Source: an uncultured virus (IMG/VR IMGVR_UViG_3300014043_000231) (taxonomy: Duplodnaviria > Heunggongvirae > Uroviricota > Caudoviricetes). Taken from it: a DNA stretch of 64,000 bases. The position numbers and the translations under genes are program-made. The stretch lies in the IMG/VR virus record IMGVR_UViG_3300014043_000231, one strand, 5' to 3'. Under the pieces are notes generated by a model, which searched no databases, had not been told where the DNA came from, and saw only the letters and a program-made list of their open reading frames with translations. The first letter of the stretch is position 1. Every line of letters begins with the position of its first letter. Shown here one piece after another: positions 29,812-39,689 of this stretch.

Positions 29812-30876
29812 TTATCCCAGTCTGCGAACAACATAACCATTAGGGAAAGCCCATTTGATTGGAGTTAATGTTGTTCCTGCGCTGGGATTCAATGCATTCA
29901 CAACCATTCCATCCCCGTAATAAGTAGCGGCGTGTCCGCTACTTAGCACCAGATCCCCGGGTCTTATATCAGATGCAGGAACCGGCGTTCCGTAATTCAT
30001 TTGTAATCCCGATTGGTGCGGCAAATTTATTCCATACACTGCCTTCACTGAATACATGACGAAACCACTGCAATCCCAGCCGGATGGCGTGCTTCCAGCC
30101 CACACATAAGGTACTTTACCGACATACTGCATCATGAACGCAACGAGTTTATCACCCATTCCAGTGTCCGGATGCGCCGCAAGCCATTTCTCATAGGATT
30201 CCTGAATCGCCTGATTATTCGACGCATCCTGTTTCCGTGATTGCGCATCGCTTGCCGCTTGAATGCGTGCATTGTAATCATTGACATCATCATCCACGGT
30301 TTTCCTGGCAGTGTTAACCTTATTCATTTGCGCAGTGAGTTCATCAACGGTTTTCGTCGCGTCATCCTTAATGCCGTTCGCAGTGTCAATTTCCGTTTTC
30401 AATGCCTCGCGATGAGCCTCATCCGCTTTCCCATCACTGTTATCATAAGTTGATTGCGCTGCATTCACTGCATCCAATAGTTTCGCTGTCGCATCATCCT
30501 GCGCATCGGATTTCGTCTGGACAATGTTGATTTGTTCAATTCCGCCCCATGTTACATTCTCATCCTCATTGATGGATGTTCTTGCGGAACCGCGTGATGC
30601 GGATGATTCCGCAAACCAGTCAATACGTTGCGTGTTAGAGCGAGTTTCCGCCGCCGCAACCGGTTTCGCATTCCGTGAATAATTCACACTGGATGCTGCG
30701 GTGCCAATGAATACAGTGGATGCAATCAAACCTGCGATTATCATGTTCCGTGATGGTGATTGTATTGTTTTATGTTTGATTACCTTATCAATGTATTTCT
30801 TCGAATGCCTTGCCAAAATCCGATTAGTTCCTTCCCTGATATGTGAAAGCCAGTCAGCATGATGACTGGCTTTCAC
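29812..30876 (-). CDS. secreted NlpC/P60 peptidoglycan endopeptidase
   Basis: PYVWAGSTPSGWDCSGFVMY, GHAATY; coiled-coil linker; WGGIEQ motif. Confidence 0.92.
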   Translation of the reverse strand: MKASHHADWLSHIREGTNRILARHSKKYIDKVIKHKTIQSPSRNMIIAGLIASTVFIGTAASSVNYSRNAKPVAAAETRSNTQRIDWFAESSASRGSARTSINEDENVTWGGIEQINIVQTKSDAQDDATAKLLDAVNAAQSTYDNSDGKADEAHREALKTEIDTANGIKDDATKTVDELTAQMNKVNTARKTVDDDVNDYNARIQAASDAQSRKQDASNNQAIQESYEKWLAAHPDTGMGDKLVAFMMQYVGKVPYVWAGSTPSGWDCSGFVMYSVKAVYGINLPHQSGLQMNYGTPVPASDIRPGDLVLSSGHAATYYGDGMVVNALNPSAGTTLTPIKWAFPNGYVVRRLG

Positions 30877-30921
30877 TATAAAAATATTATAACATTATTG
30901 CATTCATGATGTCAACTGCAA

Positions 30922-31326
30922 TCATTTCCGCATTCCAAATGAGAATCCATTATAATTATCCGGCGTATCCGATGGTTCCGGATCAGGCTCATTAATGCTG
31001 TTCATGTCCCTGTTACCGAAAATGAATTTTTCAATTGCTGGAATGTCATATTCCTCAAGTTCAGTGTAGAACCTGTCATCATCCGCGTATTCATCATCAA
31101 GCCATGGAACACGGACAAGCTGATAATCATCAGGAAGCGAGCCATCATCATTCAACAAACCGAAATCCGCGACTATATCCAGCATTTCCTGTTCATCATC
31201 ACCTGAACGCGCATCATCAGGATGCATACACCATTCAGGAGCGAAAGTGTTATAACCAGTCAGATAAGTGTCATATTTCCGGTTACGCAGAACAACATTG
31301 AAACCGCCTCTATCATTGACTCTCAT
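30922..31326 (-). CDS. hypothetical acidic protein
   Basis: ORF; start uncertain. Confidence 0.6.
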   Translation of the reverse strand: MRVNDRGGFNVVLRNRKYDTYLTGYNTFAPEWCMHPDDARSGDDEQEMLDIVADFGLLNDDGSLPDDYQLVRVPWLDDEYADDDRFYTELEEYDIPAIEKFIFGNRDMNSINEPDPEPSDTPDNYNGFSFGMRK

Positions 31327-31492
31327 ATTGAATGCACCTGCTTTCATGTTAACAATTAATCTCAATATATTCAATAATATCATGTTCGCTTGAGAACAGG
31401 CCATTACATGAACAAAGCAACCGGATTAACGCATCATTATCCGGTTGCTTTGTTTATCTGCTTTCAGCTATGTTCACATGTTTTCAATGCGT

Positions 31493-33370
31493 TCAGTCCT
31501 CATTCTGTTTGCCATGCAGTTCAGACAGGAATTTCGCATCAAGCATGGCTTCTGGCGTGGTTGAATAAGCCTGATGACGGGCGTTGTTACCGCGTTTCAT
31601 CTGAGGCAGGACAACGCTTCCATCCTTCTGCTTCTTAGCATGCTTCTCACCATACTGCTTCTGATAACGGCTCTGTGCGAGCATGGTTTCACCGTTTTCC
31701 TCGCGATAGTTATTCACGAGCGTCATTGTTTTCTTCGGGAATGCATCCTTGCCGAAATACAGCAAACGTGCTTGCAATGCGACGTTCCCACGGTCGCCGT
31801 TCGAGCCATAAAGCTCGCTGATTATAGCATCTGCTTGCTTACGTGGGCTGAATCTTCCGTTCTCATCAATGAAATTCTTCTTATTGGACAGTTTATCGGT
31901 TATCATCTTATTATACTTGTTGTATTCACGACGATTATAATTCCTGCGTGCGATGTCCTCCTTTGAGTTTCGTTTCATTTTAGCATGAACCGGCTGGTTC
32001 TTTGAATTCAATCTGAAACCAGCTGCTTTCAATTGAGCGACAGTCGCGCCTTTCGGCATTGCCTGCGGAGCCGCTTTCCTGTCAGCCATCTCATACAGGT
32101 ATTCGCCTTTGCCATTACCGGTGCTTGTTCGCCAATTCGGGCGTGTCTTATTGCCTGCTTTTCCTTGCGGCGCACTGATGTTCTTAGCGAAACTCGTCGC
32201 AAGACGAGCGGTTTCATTACCATAAAATTCAGCCGGTTCGCCATTCTTCTTATGACCGACATTGAAATTATTCGCGAACCACATTCCGTTGTTCTCATTG
32301 ATTCCGCCTGCATACGCTGCACGTATGAATTCCTGCGGATGATTCTCCAGAAGATCCTTATATACTTTCTTCTTATGCGCATCAATGGCTTTCCTGCGTG
32401 CATCAGGAGATAATCCTTCCAATGCCTGATTGGATGGGCGCGTATTCCTCATATAGGATGCAAGACGGGCAGGAGGAGCGTAAAGAATGGCAGGATCGGA
32501 TGCCTTGAACATTTCACGTTGGCGTCTCGGTGACAGTTTATCCCATGCTTGTTTTTTCAAATATGTCTGCATTGTTTTCGGCATGTCGCCAGTCGTGTAT
32601 TTCTTATACAAGCGATTCAAACGCTGGTATTCCTTATCTGAATGCTTCACGCCTTGTGCATCCATTGCATCCATTTTCGCTTTAACATCAGCCGCATCCT
32701 GTTCATGCTGTTTATGATATATCGCATTGAAATCGACTTTATCATGCATTATATCCAATGCATTCTGATTCAATGCCGCGACTTCCTTCTTGTTGCGTTC
32801 AGCGTATTTCGAACGATTACGCTGTTCACGGCGTTCCGCTTCCAAATTCAATTGAGCTTTCGCAAGTTCCTTAGCCGTGGGCTCATGCTCGTAACCATAC
32901 ATTTCATGAGCGCGTGCATATACTTTCTCATAAGAATCATTGGAAGTGTCAACAAGATACATCGCGTCATTATCGCTCATCGCATCCACATGCTTATCAA
33001 TGGCTGCATCGATTGCAGTGGATACAGTCGCGAAATCAGTATCCTTCATTTTCGCGTTCGGATTGATTCCTTCGACACCAGCGAGCGCTTTATTGAACGC
33101 TTGCGCAGTTTCATTATCATCCTGTGAATAATACATTGACGCGACTGTTTTGTTATCAATGCGTTCAGTGTAATCATCCATGCTTTCCGTTGTCATGCCA
33201 TGAGCGTTGCCAGCATATAAGGTTTCATTCAATAACTGCTGCTTTTCAATGTAAGCATCGACTTCCTTTTCACTGCCATGGAATTCACCGACAGGGCAAT
33301 GACCTGGACGAGCATGGCAAGTCCCTTTCTTACCGGTATTCCTGTTAACATGGAATCTTCCTTCGGCCAT
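31493..33370 (-). CDS. hypothetical protein with N-terminal H..CHAR..CP..H tag and basic C-terminal half
   Basis: MAEGRFHVNRNTGKKGTCHARPGHCPVGEFH; strong GGAAGGA RBS. Confidence 0.85.
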   Translation of the reverse strand: MAEGRFHVNRNTGKKGTCHARPGHCPVGEFHGSEKEVDAYIEKQQLLNETLYAGNAHGMTTESMDDYTERIDNKTVASMYYSQDDNETAQAFNKALAGVEGINPNAKMKDTDFATVSTAIDAAIDKHVDAMSDNDAMYLVDTSNDSYEKVYARAHEMYGYEHEPTAKELAKAQLNLEAERREQRNRSKYAERNKKEVAALNQNALDIMHDKVDFNAIYHKQHEQDAADVKAKMDAMDAQGVKHSDKEYQRLNRLYKKYTTGDMPKTMQTYLKKQAWDKLSPRRQREMFKASDPAILYAPPARLASYMRNTRPSNQALEGLSPDARRKAIDAHKKKVYKDLLENHPQEFIRAAYAGGINENNGMWFANNFNVGHKKNGEPAEFYGNETARLATSFAKNISAPQGKAGNKTRPNWRTSTGNGKGEYLYEMADRKAAPQAMPKGATVAQLKAAGFRLNSKNQPVHAKMKRNSKEDIARRNYNRREYNKYNKMITDKLSNKKNFIDENGRFSPRKQADAIISELYGSNGDRGNVALQARLLYFGKDAFPKKTMTLVNNYREENGETMLAQSRYQKQYGEKHAKKQKDGSVVLPQMKRGNNARHQAYSTTPEAMLDAKFLSELHGKQNED

Positions 33371-33433
33371 AATATTTTCCTTCCATAATATTTAATTCAT
33401 TATGTTCAATCAAATAATATCTATCTGAAAATT

Positions 33434-33472
33434 ATGGCAGGAACCAGCAATTAAACATTCGGTTCCTGCCAT
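33434..33472 (-). terminator. terminator hairpin downstream of mini-array
   Basis: atggcaggaacc...ggttcctgccat followed by U-rich tract on the minus strand. Confidence 0.65.
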
Positions 33473-33506
33473 TAAGGAAGAAAAAATGAATGGAATATCA
33501 ATTCGC

Positions 33507-33608
33507 GGTTTCATTCCCCTAACGGGGAAACAACTAATCACATTTCCTTTTCATTGATTCGCCATTAATGGTTTCATTCCCCTAGCAGGGAAACAACACT
33601 TGTAAAAC
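33507..33608 (-). CRISPR. Cas-less CRISPR-like mini-array (2 repeats)
   Basis: 28-nt cores ggtttcattcccctaacggggaaacaac (33507-33534) and ggtttcattcccctagcagggaaacaac (33570-33597), 35 nt apart; minus strand reads GTTTTACAAGTGTTGTTTCCCTGCTAGGGGAATGAAAC. Confidence 0.6.
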
Positions 33609-33627
33609 CATATCAAATCAACGAATC

Positions 33628-34557
33628 TCATTGCGCACCGACAGTTCCAGTTGAACCATGTGTGGTTCCAGTTCCATCATCAGTGTTCGCGCTGCATGCA
33701 CCTGAATGCGCCTGTTTAGCCATTTCATTGGATTCCTCATCCGGAACATACGCGAGTGGCGTTTTAACATTACCTGTATTATTAAATGAATTCACATTCG
33801 CGCCATAATATAACACGGCATAACTGTTCGCAATGGCTTCAGTCCGTCCTTTCGCGATGTCCGGATCAGTTGTCCTGCAATGCTGATCAATTGCACGATG
33901 AGCCAATTCATGCTTCACACTATCAATGAGCACACCGTTCTTAGCGAATGCTTCATAATCCTGATGTGATTCATTCACATAAATGATATCCGGTGTCGTG
34001 GAACAATAAATAGCGACTGTACTGGATGATGCCGTTCCTTCACATGGAATGCCATTCAGATTCCATTTGATTTCAGCGCCTGCAAGTTTCACGATTTCAT
34101 TCGCAGCGTTCCTGTAAGTTCCATCTGAACCGATTTCCGGTTTATAATCTGTTATTTGTCGTTCAACATCCGATAAACCATTCGCATTATTATTTGCATC
34201 CGTGTTTCCATTGGATGAATCCGTTGGTTCACCGGACGGTTCGGTTTTATCAGTGGTTTTCTTATCTGTGCCATCAGCTGCTTCCTTCTTATTTTTATCT
34301 GCTGAATCAGGTTTCTTCTCATTATCAGTGTAATCGCCAATCATGAATGATGTCCATGGGAATGTGATTTCCATGCCTCCTTTTGTTTTCATGATTCCAC
34401 TTGCAGTCAAACCGGCGTATACACCATAAACAAGCAGGCAGAACACGATGCTGTTCACAATGAATTTGAATAATACTTTCAAAATAAAATGATTCTTCTG
34501 CTTGCCTTTATTCGCATATGGATCATACAAGTCAAATGAACCCTTATTCCTTGCCAT
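33628..34557 (-). CDS. membrane-anchored putative zinc metallopeptidase
   Basis: N-terminal TM; KHELAH (HExxH) plus downstream TEAIAN. Confidence 0.65.
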   Translation of the reverse strand: MARNKGSFDLYDPYANKGKQKNHFILKVLFKFIVNSIVFCLLVYGVYAGLTASGIMKTKGGMEITFPWTSFMIGDYTDNEKKPDSADKNKKEAADGTDKKTTDKTEPSGEPTDSSNGNTDANNNANGLSDVERQITDYKPEIGSDGTYRNAANEIVKLAGAEIKWNLNGIPCEGTASSSTVAIYCSTTPDIIYVNESHQDYEAFAKNGVLIDSVKHELAHRAIDQHCRTTDPDIAKGRTEAIANSYAVLYYGANVNSFNNTGNVKTPLAYVPDEESNEMAKQAHSGACSANTDDGTGTTHGSTGTVGAQ

Positions 34558-34692
34558 ATTTTAACCTCACAGAATTATGTTAATATGTTTGAATGCAATG
34601 ATAGCATGCTGATTACATGCACCAAACATTAAATAATATCATATAAACATGCGCAATTGAAATCGTCAATGAAATATGTTATCATTGCATGC

Positions 34693-35463
34693 ATGAGGAA
34701 CATCACTATCATTAACGGCGCGGGAATCAGCGTGAACGCCGGAATCAGCGCGTTCCGTGGAACAACCGGCGCATGGACAACGGAACCTGATGTGCGCAAT
34801 GCATTCAATTTGAATGTGTTCATGACGAAACCAAAAGCACGGGCACTATTATGGGATTGGCTTGCGCATTCGCCTGCATGGAACGCGGAGCCGACTATCG
34901 CTCATCAGGAAATCAAACGGTTGAATGATAATAAAGCGCTGCTGGGCGTGTTCACGCAGAATTTCGATGGGTTGGAAGCGAAAACCGGATTGGACACGGA
35001 TAGGATTCATTATCTGCATGGGAACATGCTTACAAGTTCCTGTCAACGCTGCGGCAGGAAATATGATACACGCGCATTATGTGATAATATGGTTAATGAA
35101 CCGGAACCACATTGCCATGCGTGGAATGAGAAGAAATGGAATAAACGCACGCAATCATATGGTAAGGAATGCGGCGGCATCATCAAACCTGACATAGTGT
35201 TTTTCGGTGAAAATCTTGAGAAGCATGTCATCAATGCGTTCAATGAATGCCTGACATGGACGGATGAACTATGGGTTATCGGTTCCAGTTTGCAAGTGTT
35301 TCCAGTTGCGGACATGCCGAAACAAGCATTACTGTTGAATAAGACTGTCCGCATTGTGAACATGAGCGCGACACCATATGATAGGAATCCGCGCGTGGAT
35401 TGCATTCATGAGGACATTGATGCTGCGCTTCCAGGAATGGTGGATAGAGCGCTCACGGATTGA
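34693..35463 (+). CDS. cobB: Sir2-family NAD-dependent deacylase
   Basis: GAGISVNAGISAFRG, TQNFDGL, HGN, CxxC, KPDIVFFGE, IGSSLQVFP; promoter TTGAAA-N17-TATCAT. Confidence 0.92.
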   Translation: MRNITIINGAGISVNAGISAFRGTTGAWTTEPDVRNAFNLNVFMTKPKARALLWDWLAHSPAWNAEPTIAHQEIKRLNDNKALLGVFTQNFDGLEAKTGLDTDRIHYLHGNMLTSSCQRCGRKYDTRALCDNMVNEPEPHCHAWNEKKWNKRTQSYGKECGGIIKPDIVFFGENLEKHVINAFNECLTWTDELWVIGSSLQVFPVADMPKQALLLNKTVRIVNMSATPYDRNPRVDCIHEDIDAALPGMVDRALTD

Positions 35464-35583
35464 TAACATGTAGGCATTGGATACAAATTATTTTATTCCG
35501 AAATAATGACATCAGGATGATTTTCTGATGTCATTATTTGTTTTGATACTATAATGCTTATTTTATAATTTGTCTGCATGTAT

Positions 35584-36711
35584 TCAGTTGAATGCACAGC
35601 GCGCGTCCTTTTCAACGATACATTTCTGATTCACGGCATCCTGAACCGCATTATACCTGTCACCGAGCAGTTTTACACGCTCGTTACCATTCGCATATTT
35701 GCCTTCAATGACTTCCTCAACAATAACGTTAATGGCCCTGATGTCATGTCCTTGCGCATCTAATACCGGTTTATCAGCTTGCGCTGTTTGTTTCGCGGAT
35801 TTCTTCTTAGCTTCTTCCAGTGCTTTCTGTTCATCATATGCGCACACTGAAAGCAGGTTCTCATCCTGTGAAACACGGACTGTTATCGCATTCTGTTTAT
35901 CGGTGTGAACGTTATCACCGTACGTGTTCGGCATGAGCGCACAAATATCATCTTTCTGTGAATACACTCCATATGAATTGCATTTCCGTTCCGCCGCGTC
36001 AACATCATAACCCGATGTTTTCATGCAATCATTGATATCAGCCGCTTTCTTATTCGCTATCGTGATCATGTCCTTGTAATCGAACCGCATTTTATACCAT
36101 GAAGCTGATGGAATGTCCACAGTGAATTCATTGCCATCATCATTCTTCCGCATGTTCTGGGTGACGGTGACTGGATTCCCGTTCTCATCCGGATAAATCG
36201 CTGTCAATAAACCATTGCTGTCATAATACCATCCGAAACCGCATTCATCATATTTCTCCTTGAACATGCGGTTTGCGTTATAATTATATTCCTTAGCGCA
36301 ATTATTAATGTCCTTCAATTGTTTATATTGATTCACGCTATTCATTATCAGTTGCATGTCCGGCGTCGGATACTGTTGTTTACCATTCTCATCCTTCAAC
36401 GATACTGATTCAGGGCCGAAACAATCATAATAAATACCTGATTTCTTGCCACCATTCGTCGGTTTGCAAACATTCTTATTCCTGTCCGCTTTACCGAATT
36501 CCGCATTAACCGGGGAATCATTCTTGCCTGCATTGTTCCCATTGGATGCATCATTTCCTGTTGATGCCGGTTTGATGAAAGCCATAACCTTGCCAATCAT
36601 GGAATTCGCATCGATTTTATCCTGATATGCATTCACGACGAACCATGCGCCGAAACCGAGCGCGGCGGCAGTGATGATTGCAATGAATAATGTAAGAAGA
36701 TTCTTCCTCAT
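35584..36711 (-). CDS. exported protein with C-terminal CW_7 (Cpl-7) cell-wall-binding repeat
   Basis: Signal/TM at N-terminus; IVEEVIEGKYANGNERVKLLGDRYNAVQDAVN. Confidence 0.75.
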   Translation of the reverse strand: MRKNLLTLFIAIITAAALGFGAWFVVNAYQDKIDANSMIGKVMAFIKPASTGNDASNGNNAGKNDSPVNAEFGKADRNKNVCKPTNGGKKSGIYYDCFGPESVSLKDENGKQQYPTPDMQLIMNSVNQYKQLKDINNCAKEYNYNANRMFKEKYDECGFGWYYDSNGLLTAIYPDENGNPVTVTQNMRKNDDGNEFTVDIPSASWYKMRFDYKDMITIANKKAADINDCMKTSGYDVDAAERKCNSYGVYSQKDDICALMPNTYGDNVHTDKQNAITVRVSQDENLLSVCAYDEQKALEEAKKKSAKQTAQADKPVLDAQGHDIRAINVIVEEVIEGKYANGNERVKLLGDRYNAVQDAVNQKCIVEKDARCAFN

Positions 36712-37107
36712 AAAATGAGAATATCAATATGAGTTATGCATTCATTGTAAACATAAATAATGATCATGAATGGAAAATGAATGCTTTTATTATCGGAGCC
36801 CATGAATAATATGTAATCAATGTTCACATGATGACAGCAGTGTTATCATCTCCGAATGGCGAACAGGAACCATCCTTCTCATGTGCTTCCGGGTGCGACG
36901 CATACACGAGAACATCATGATACTTATCCATTATGATGATTGATGGTGTCATTGTTTCCAATGAACGCAACCGTTCCTTTTCATTACGGTGTTCCTGATT
37001 GTTTAAAAGATCATGCTTATCTATCGAACCAATAAATTTGCATTATGTAAGAATATGAATAATGAGGACATTGCATGCAATGCCCCCATCATAATGTCAT
37101 CATGTGC

Positions 37108-37390
37108 TCACAGTGTAATAAATGCTTGCACTTTTGCTTCCAATTCGTCAATATGATCCGCTATCTCATACGGAACGGTAATTTCACCAGATGCAAGCAT
37201 GCGTTCACCTTTGCTATCAGCCGCTTTCGTAATTTTAATGATATGTCGCCAATAATCCACGGTTAGGATAGCCGCATCCAATGGATCATAATCAGCGAAC
37301 AATCGTGCGCATTTCCAATCATAAGCATTATCAACATAACGAGCTGGAATCACATACGCTGGTACGCGCGATTTTTCAATCAATGCTTGA
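37108..37390 (-). pseudogene. probable 5'-truncated hypothetical gene next to IS end
   Basis: Protein-like reading frame whose 5' end runs into the IS left-end remnant. Confidence 0.35.
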
Positions 37391-37450
37391 CCAAATCTGC
37401 CGCTTAACCATATGCTTGAAAGCAGGCAGTTAATCGGCAGGATAATAAGC
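37387..37450 (+). mobile_element. degenerate IS200/IS605 left-end remnant
   Basis: ttgac|caaatctgccgc...tgcttgaaagcagg...cggcag...ataagc shared with 54323-54391. Confidence 0.6.
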
Positions 37451-37500
37451 AAATTGTGAAAATAATGTGAAAGCAGCATTAAAAGTTTATAATCATGTAA

Positions 37501-38430
37501 TCAGTCCATGACACATAGGAATTCATGCGCGGGTTTCGCAGTGAATGACCCATCATCATGTTTCTTCCTGCGTCCAGCAGTGTAAGTGATATCGAAATCA
37601 TGGAATGCAGCCATTGGAAGCAAATCTTTGAAAAATGAATCATCATCCTCCGTCCTATTGGACATCATTATGATATTACCAGCATCATGCATTGTAATCA
37701 TCCATTCGCATAATGCTTTCTGATCCTCATCATTGAAACCAGTTCCATAAGTAGTGAACGAATGACGATAAGGAGGATCCAAATAAATCAATGCTTTACC
37801 TGACTGCATGGATTCAGTGTTCACATCAGTATATGAACCAGTATGGATTTCCGTGTGCTGTAATGCATCATGCCAACCTGTCAACATGCTCTCATCGAAT
37901 AATTGTTTCACATTGGTTTGATTCAATAAACCAGCTGGCGTTGCGAACAAACCATTCGCTTCAACGCATGATTGCCAGATTCCATTGAAACCAGTGCGCA
38001 TGAGAATGAACAGCATTGCGCTGCGTTCCCATGTATCCATGGAATCATGTTGCATCCAATATCTCTTCCGGAAATCATAATACCATGTTTTCCTATTTTC
38101 TTTTCCATCCAATGCAAGCATTTCATCCGCATATTGTTTACATGCACTCATGAAATCATTCACTTTATCGGATTTAACTACTGCCAGTAATTCCATGAGT
38201 TCGGTGTTAACATCATTAACCGCATATAATAAATCATTATTATACAGATTCCACATGTCAGCATATAATGCGCCGCCGCCGAAAAACGGTTCTACATATT
38301 CCATAATATGGTTATGTTTCCGCATGATGGTATTGATTATCGGACGATAATATTTTAATAATCGTGTTTTACCGCCCGCCCACATGTAAAATGGTTTCAG
38401 TTTAATGTCATTATCATCAAATGTACTCAT
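37501..38430 (-). CDS. dam: Dam-like (D12 class) adenine methyltransferase
   Basis: KPFYMWAGGK, YVEPFFGGGA, NDVN, YLDPPY, MSN. Confidence 0.92.
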   Translation of the reverse strand: MSTFDDNDIKLKPFYMWAGGKTRLLKYYRPIINTIMRKHNHIMEYVEPFFGGGALYADMWNLYNNDLLYAVNDVNTELMELLAVVKSDKVNDFMSACKQYADEMLALDGKENRKTWYYDFRKRYWMQHDSMDTWERSAMLFILMRTGFNGIWQSCVEANGLFATPAGLLNQTNVKQLFDESMLTGWHDALQHTEIHTGSYTDVNTESMQSGKALIYLDPPYRHSFTTYGTGFNDEDQKALCEWMITMHDAGNIIMMSNRTEDDDSFFKDLLPMAAFHDFDITYTAGRRKKHDDGSFTAKPAHEFLCVMD

Positions 38431-38510
38431 ACATACAATTATATCAATCACATGCAGGCGATGAACGCGCTTATCAATATATTGATTTAATCATTGAATA
38501 ATGATTCTGG

Positions 38511-39134
38511 CTATTCATAATCCCATCCGACTGCTTTCAATGCATCATCAAGTATTGAATATATTTCTTTTCGCAAATCATTCTCCGTCATATGATTGAA
38601 ACGCCTGAATGACACTACATCAGTATAATCAGTATCCCATATGGAATCAATTGGAAGTTTCAAACTGACGACTTTATTACCGAGAATCCGTTCAGCAGTA
38701 TTCCCATCATAAAATCCATCACCATAGCAGAATGTCAAATAATGCTTGCATCCCAATGCCTGCAATTGATCATAATTCTTATACCAGCGTTCAATCGCAT
38801 TGCCATTCTTGCCTTGTTTCTTGCTTTCAACTGCAAGCAATGGCTTACCATTCTTATCAAGGAATATTCCGCCATCAGGACTTAAACCAGTACATTCAAT
38901 TTTTGAATCTGTACACACAGCATTCCTGTATTCTTCTTCTGAATAACCTTTACGCCAGAATTTATTATCACAAGTGAATGATAATTCATTACGAACATAA
39001 TCCAATGGAATTCTATCCAATGTTTTTGCTTCTTTATCAAATGCAGTAGTTCCAGTTTTTATACCGCCATTGAAACAACCTGTTCTCTGTGATTTCCTAT
39101 TATTTACTTTCATGTTAGTTTTTGTTGCCGCCAT
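38511..39134 (-). CDS. EcoRI-family-like restriction endonuclease
   Basis: SPDGGIF...AVESKKQG..GNAIER..KN...YLTFCYG.GF matches the EcoRI catalytic and recognition pattern. Confidence 0.8.
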   Translation of the reverse strand: MAATKTNMKVNNRKSQRTGCFNGGIKTGTTAFDKEAKTLDRIPLDYVRNELSFTCDNKFWRKGYSEEEYRNAVCTDSKIECTGLSPDGGIFLDKNGKPLLAVESKKQGKNGNAIERWYKNYDQLQALGCKHYLTFCYGDGFYDGNTAERILGNKVVSLKLPIDSIWDTDYTDVVSFRRFNHMTENDLRKEIYSILDDALKAVGWDYE

Positions 39135-39222
39135 GCACGCAATGATAGCATGTGAAATCATAACATGCAAATAAAAGCATTATTTTAACATAATCAATGG
39201 ACATCTGATTATAATGGAAACA

Positions 39223-39570
39223 TCATGCGAACAGAATTTCCGAATAATCCGTGGTTTCCTCACCCTGTTCATATGAACGGCTAATATTCACATCAACTTG
39301 TTCCATGAATGGAATGATTCGTTTCAACACCGGTGATAATTCAGTGCGATACTGTTTAATTCCATTCACGTTGAAATCATCCATGCCATCAATGTGTTCA
39401 ATCGCATGCAGTATATCCCGTTTGAGTTCAATGGAACCATCATCGGCATCCGGGATGCAAGCCATTATATTCACTGCTTCATGAACCCAGATTTCATATT
39501 TACCGATTCGTGATTCCCTGATTCTATCCGCTGTTTCACGCCATGTAAGATTATCAATAGTTGTATTCAT
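39223..39570 (-). CDS. hypothetical protein
   Basis: Leaderless start at 39570. Confidence 0.65.
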   Translation of the reverse strand: MNTTIDNLTWRETADRIRESRIGKYEIWVHEAVNIMACIPDADDGSIELKRDILHAIEHIDGMDDFNVNGIKQYRTELSPVLKRIIPFMEQVDVNISRSYEQGEETTDYSEILFA

Positions 39571-39689
39571 GTGTTCAATGATAGCATATGAACCAAAAAT
39601 AAAATAATCAGCCAGTTCACATATTAGAAACTGGTTGATTAACCATACTATAATGTAATCAAATGAGTTCATTGATTGCCATTATTATT

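Noticed and set aside
34693..35463. Sirtuin as a defence NADase (ThsA/DSR-like)
   Set aside because: It has the zinc-binding insert and KPDIVFFGE motif of classical CobB-type deacylases and no partner genes
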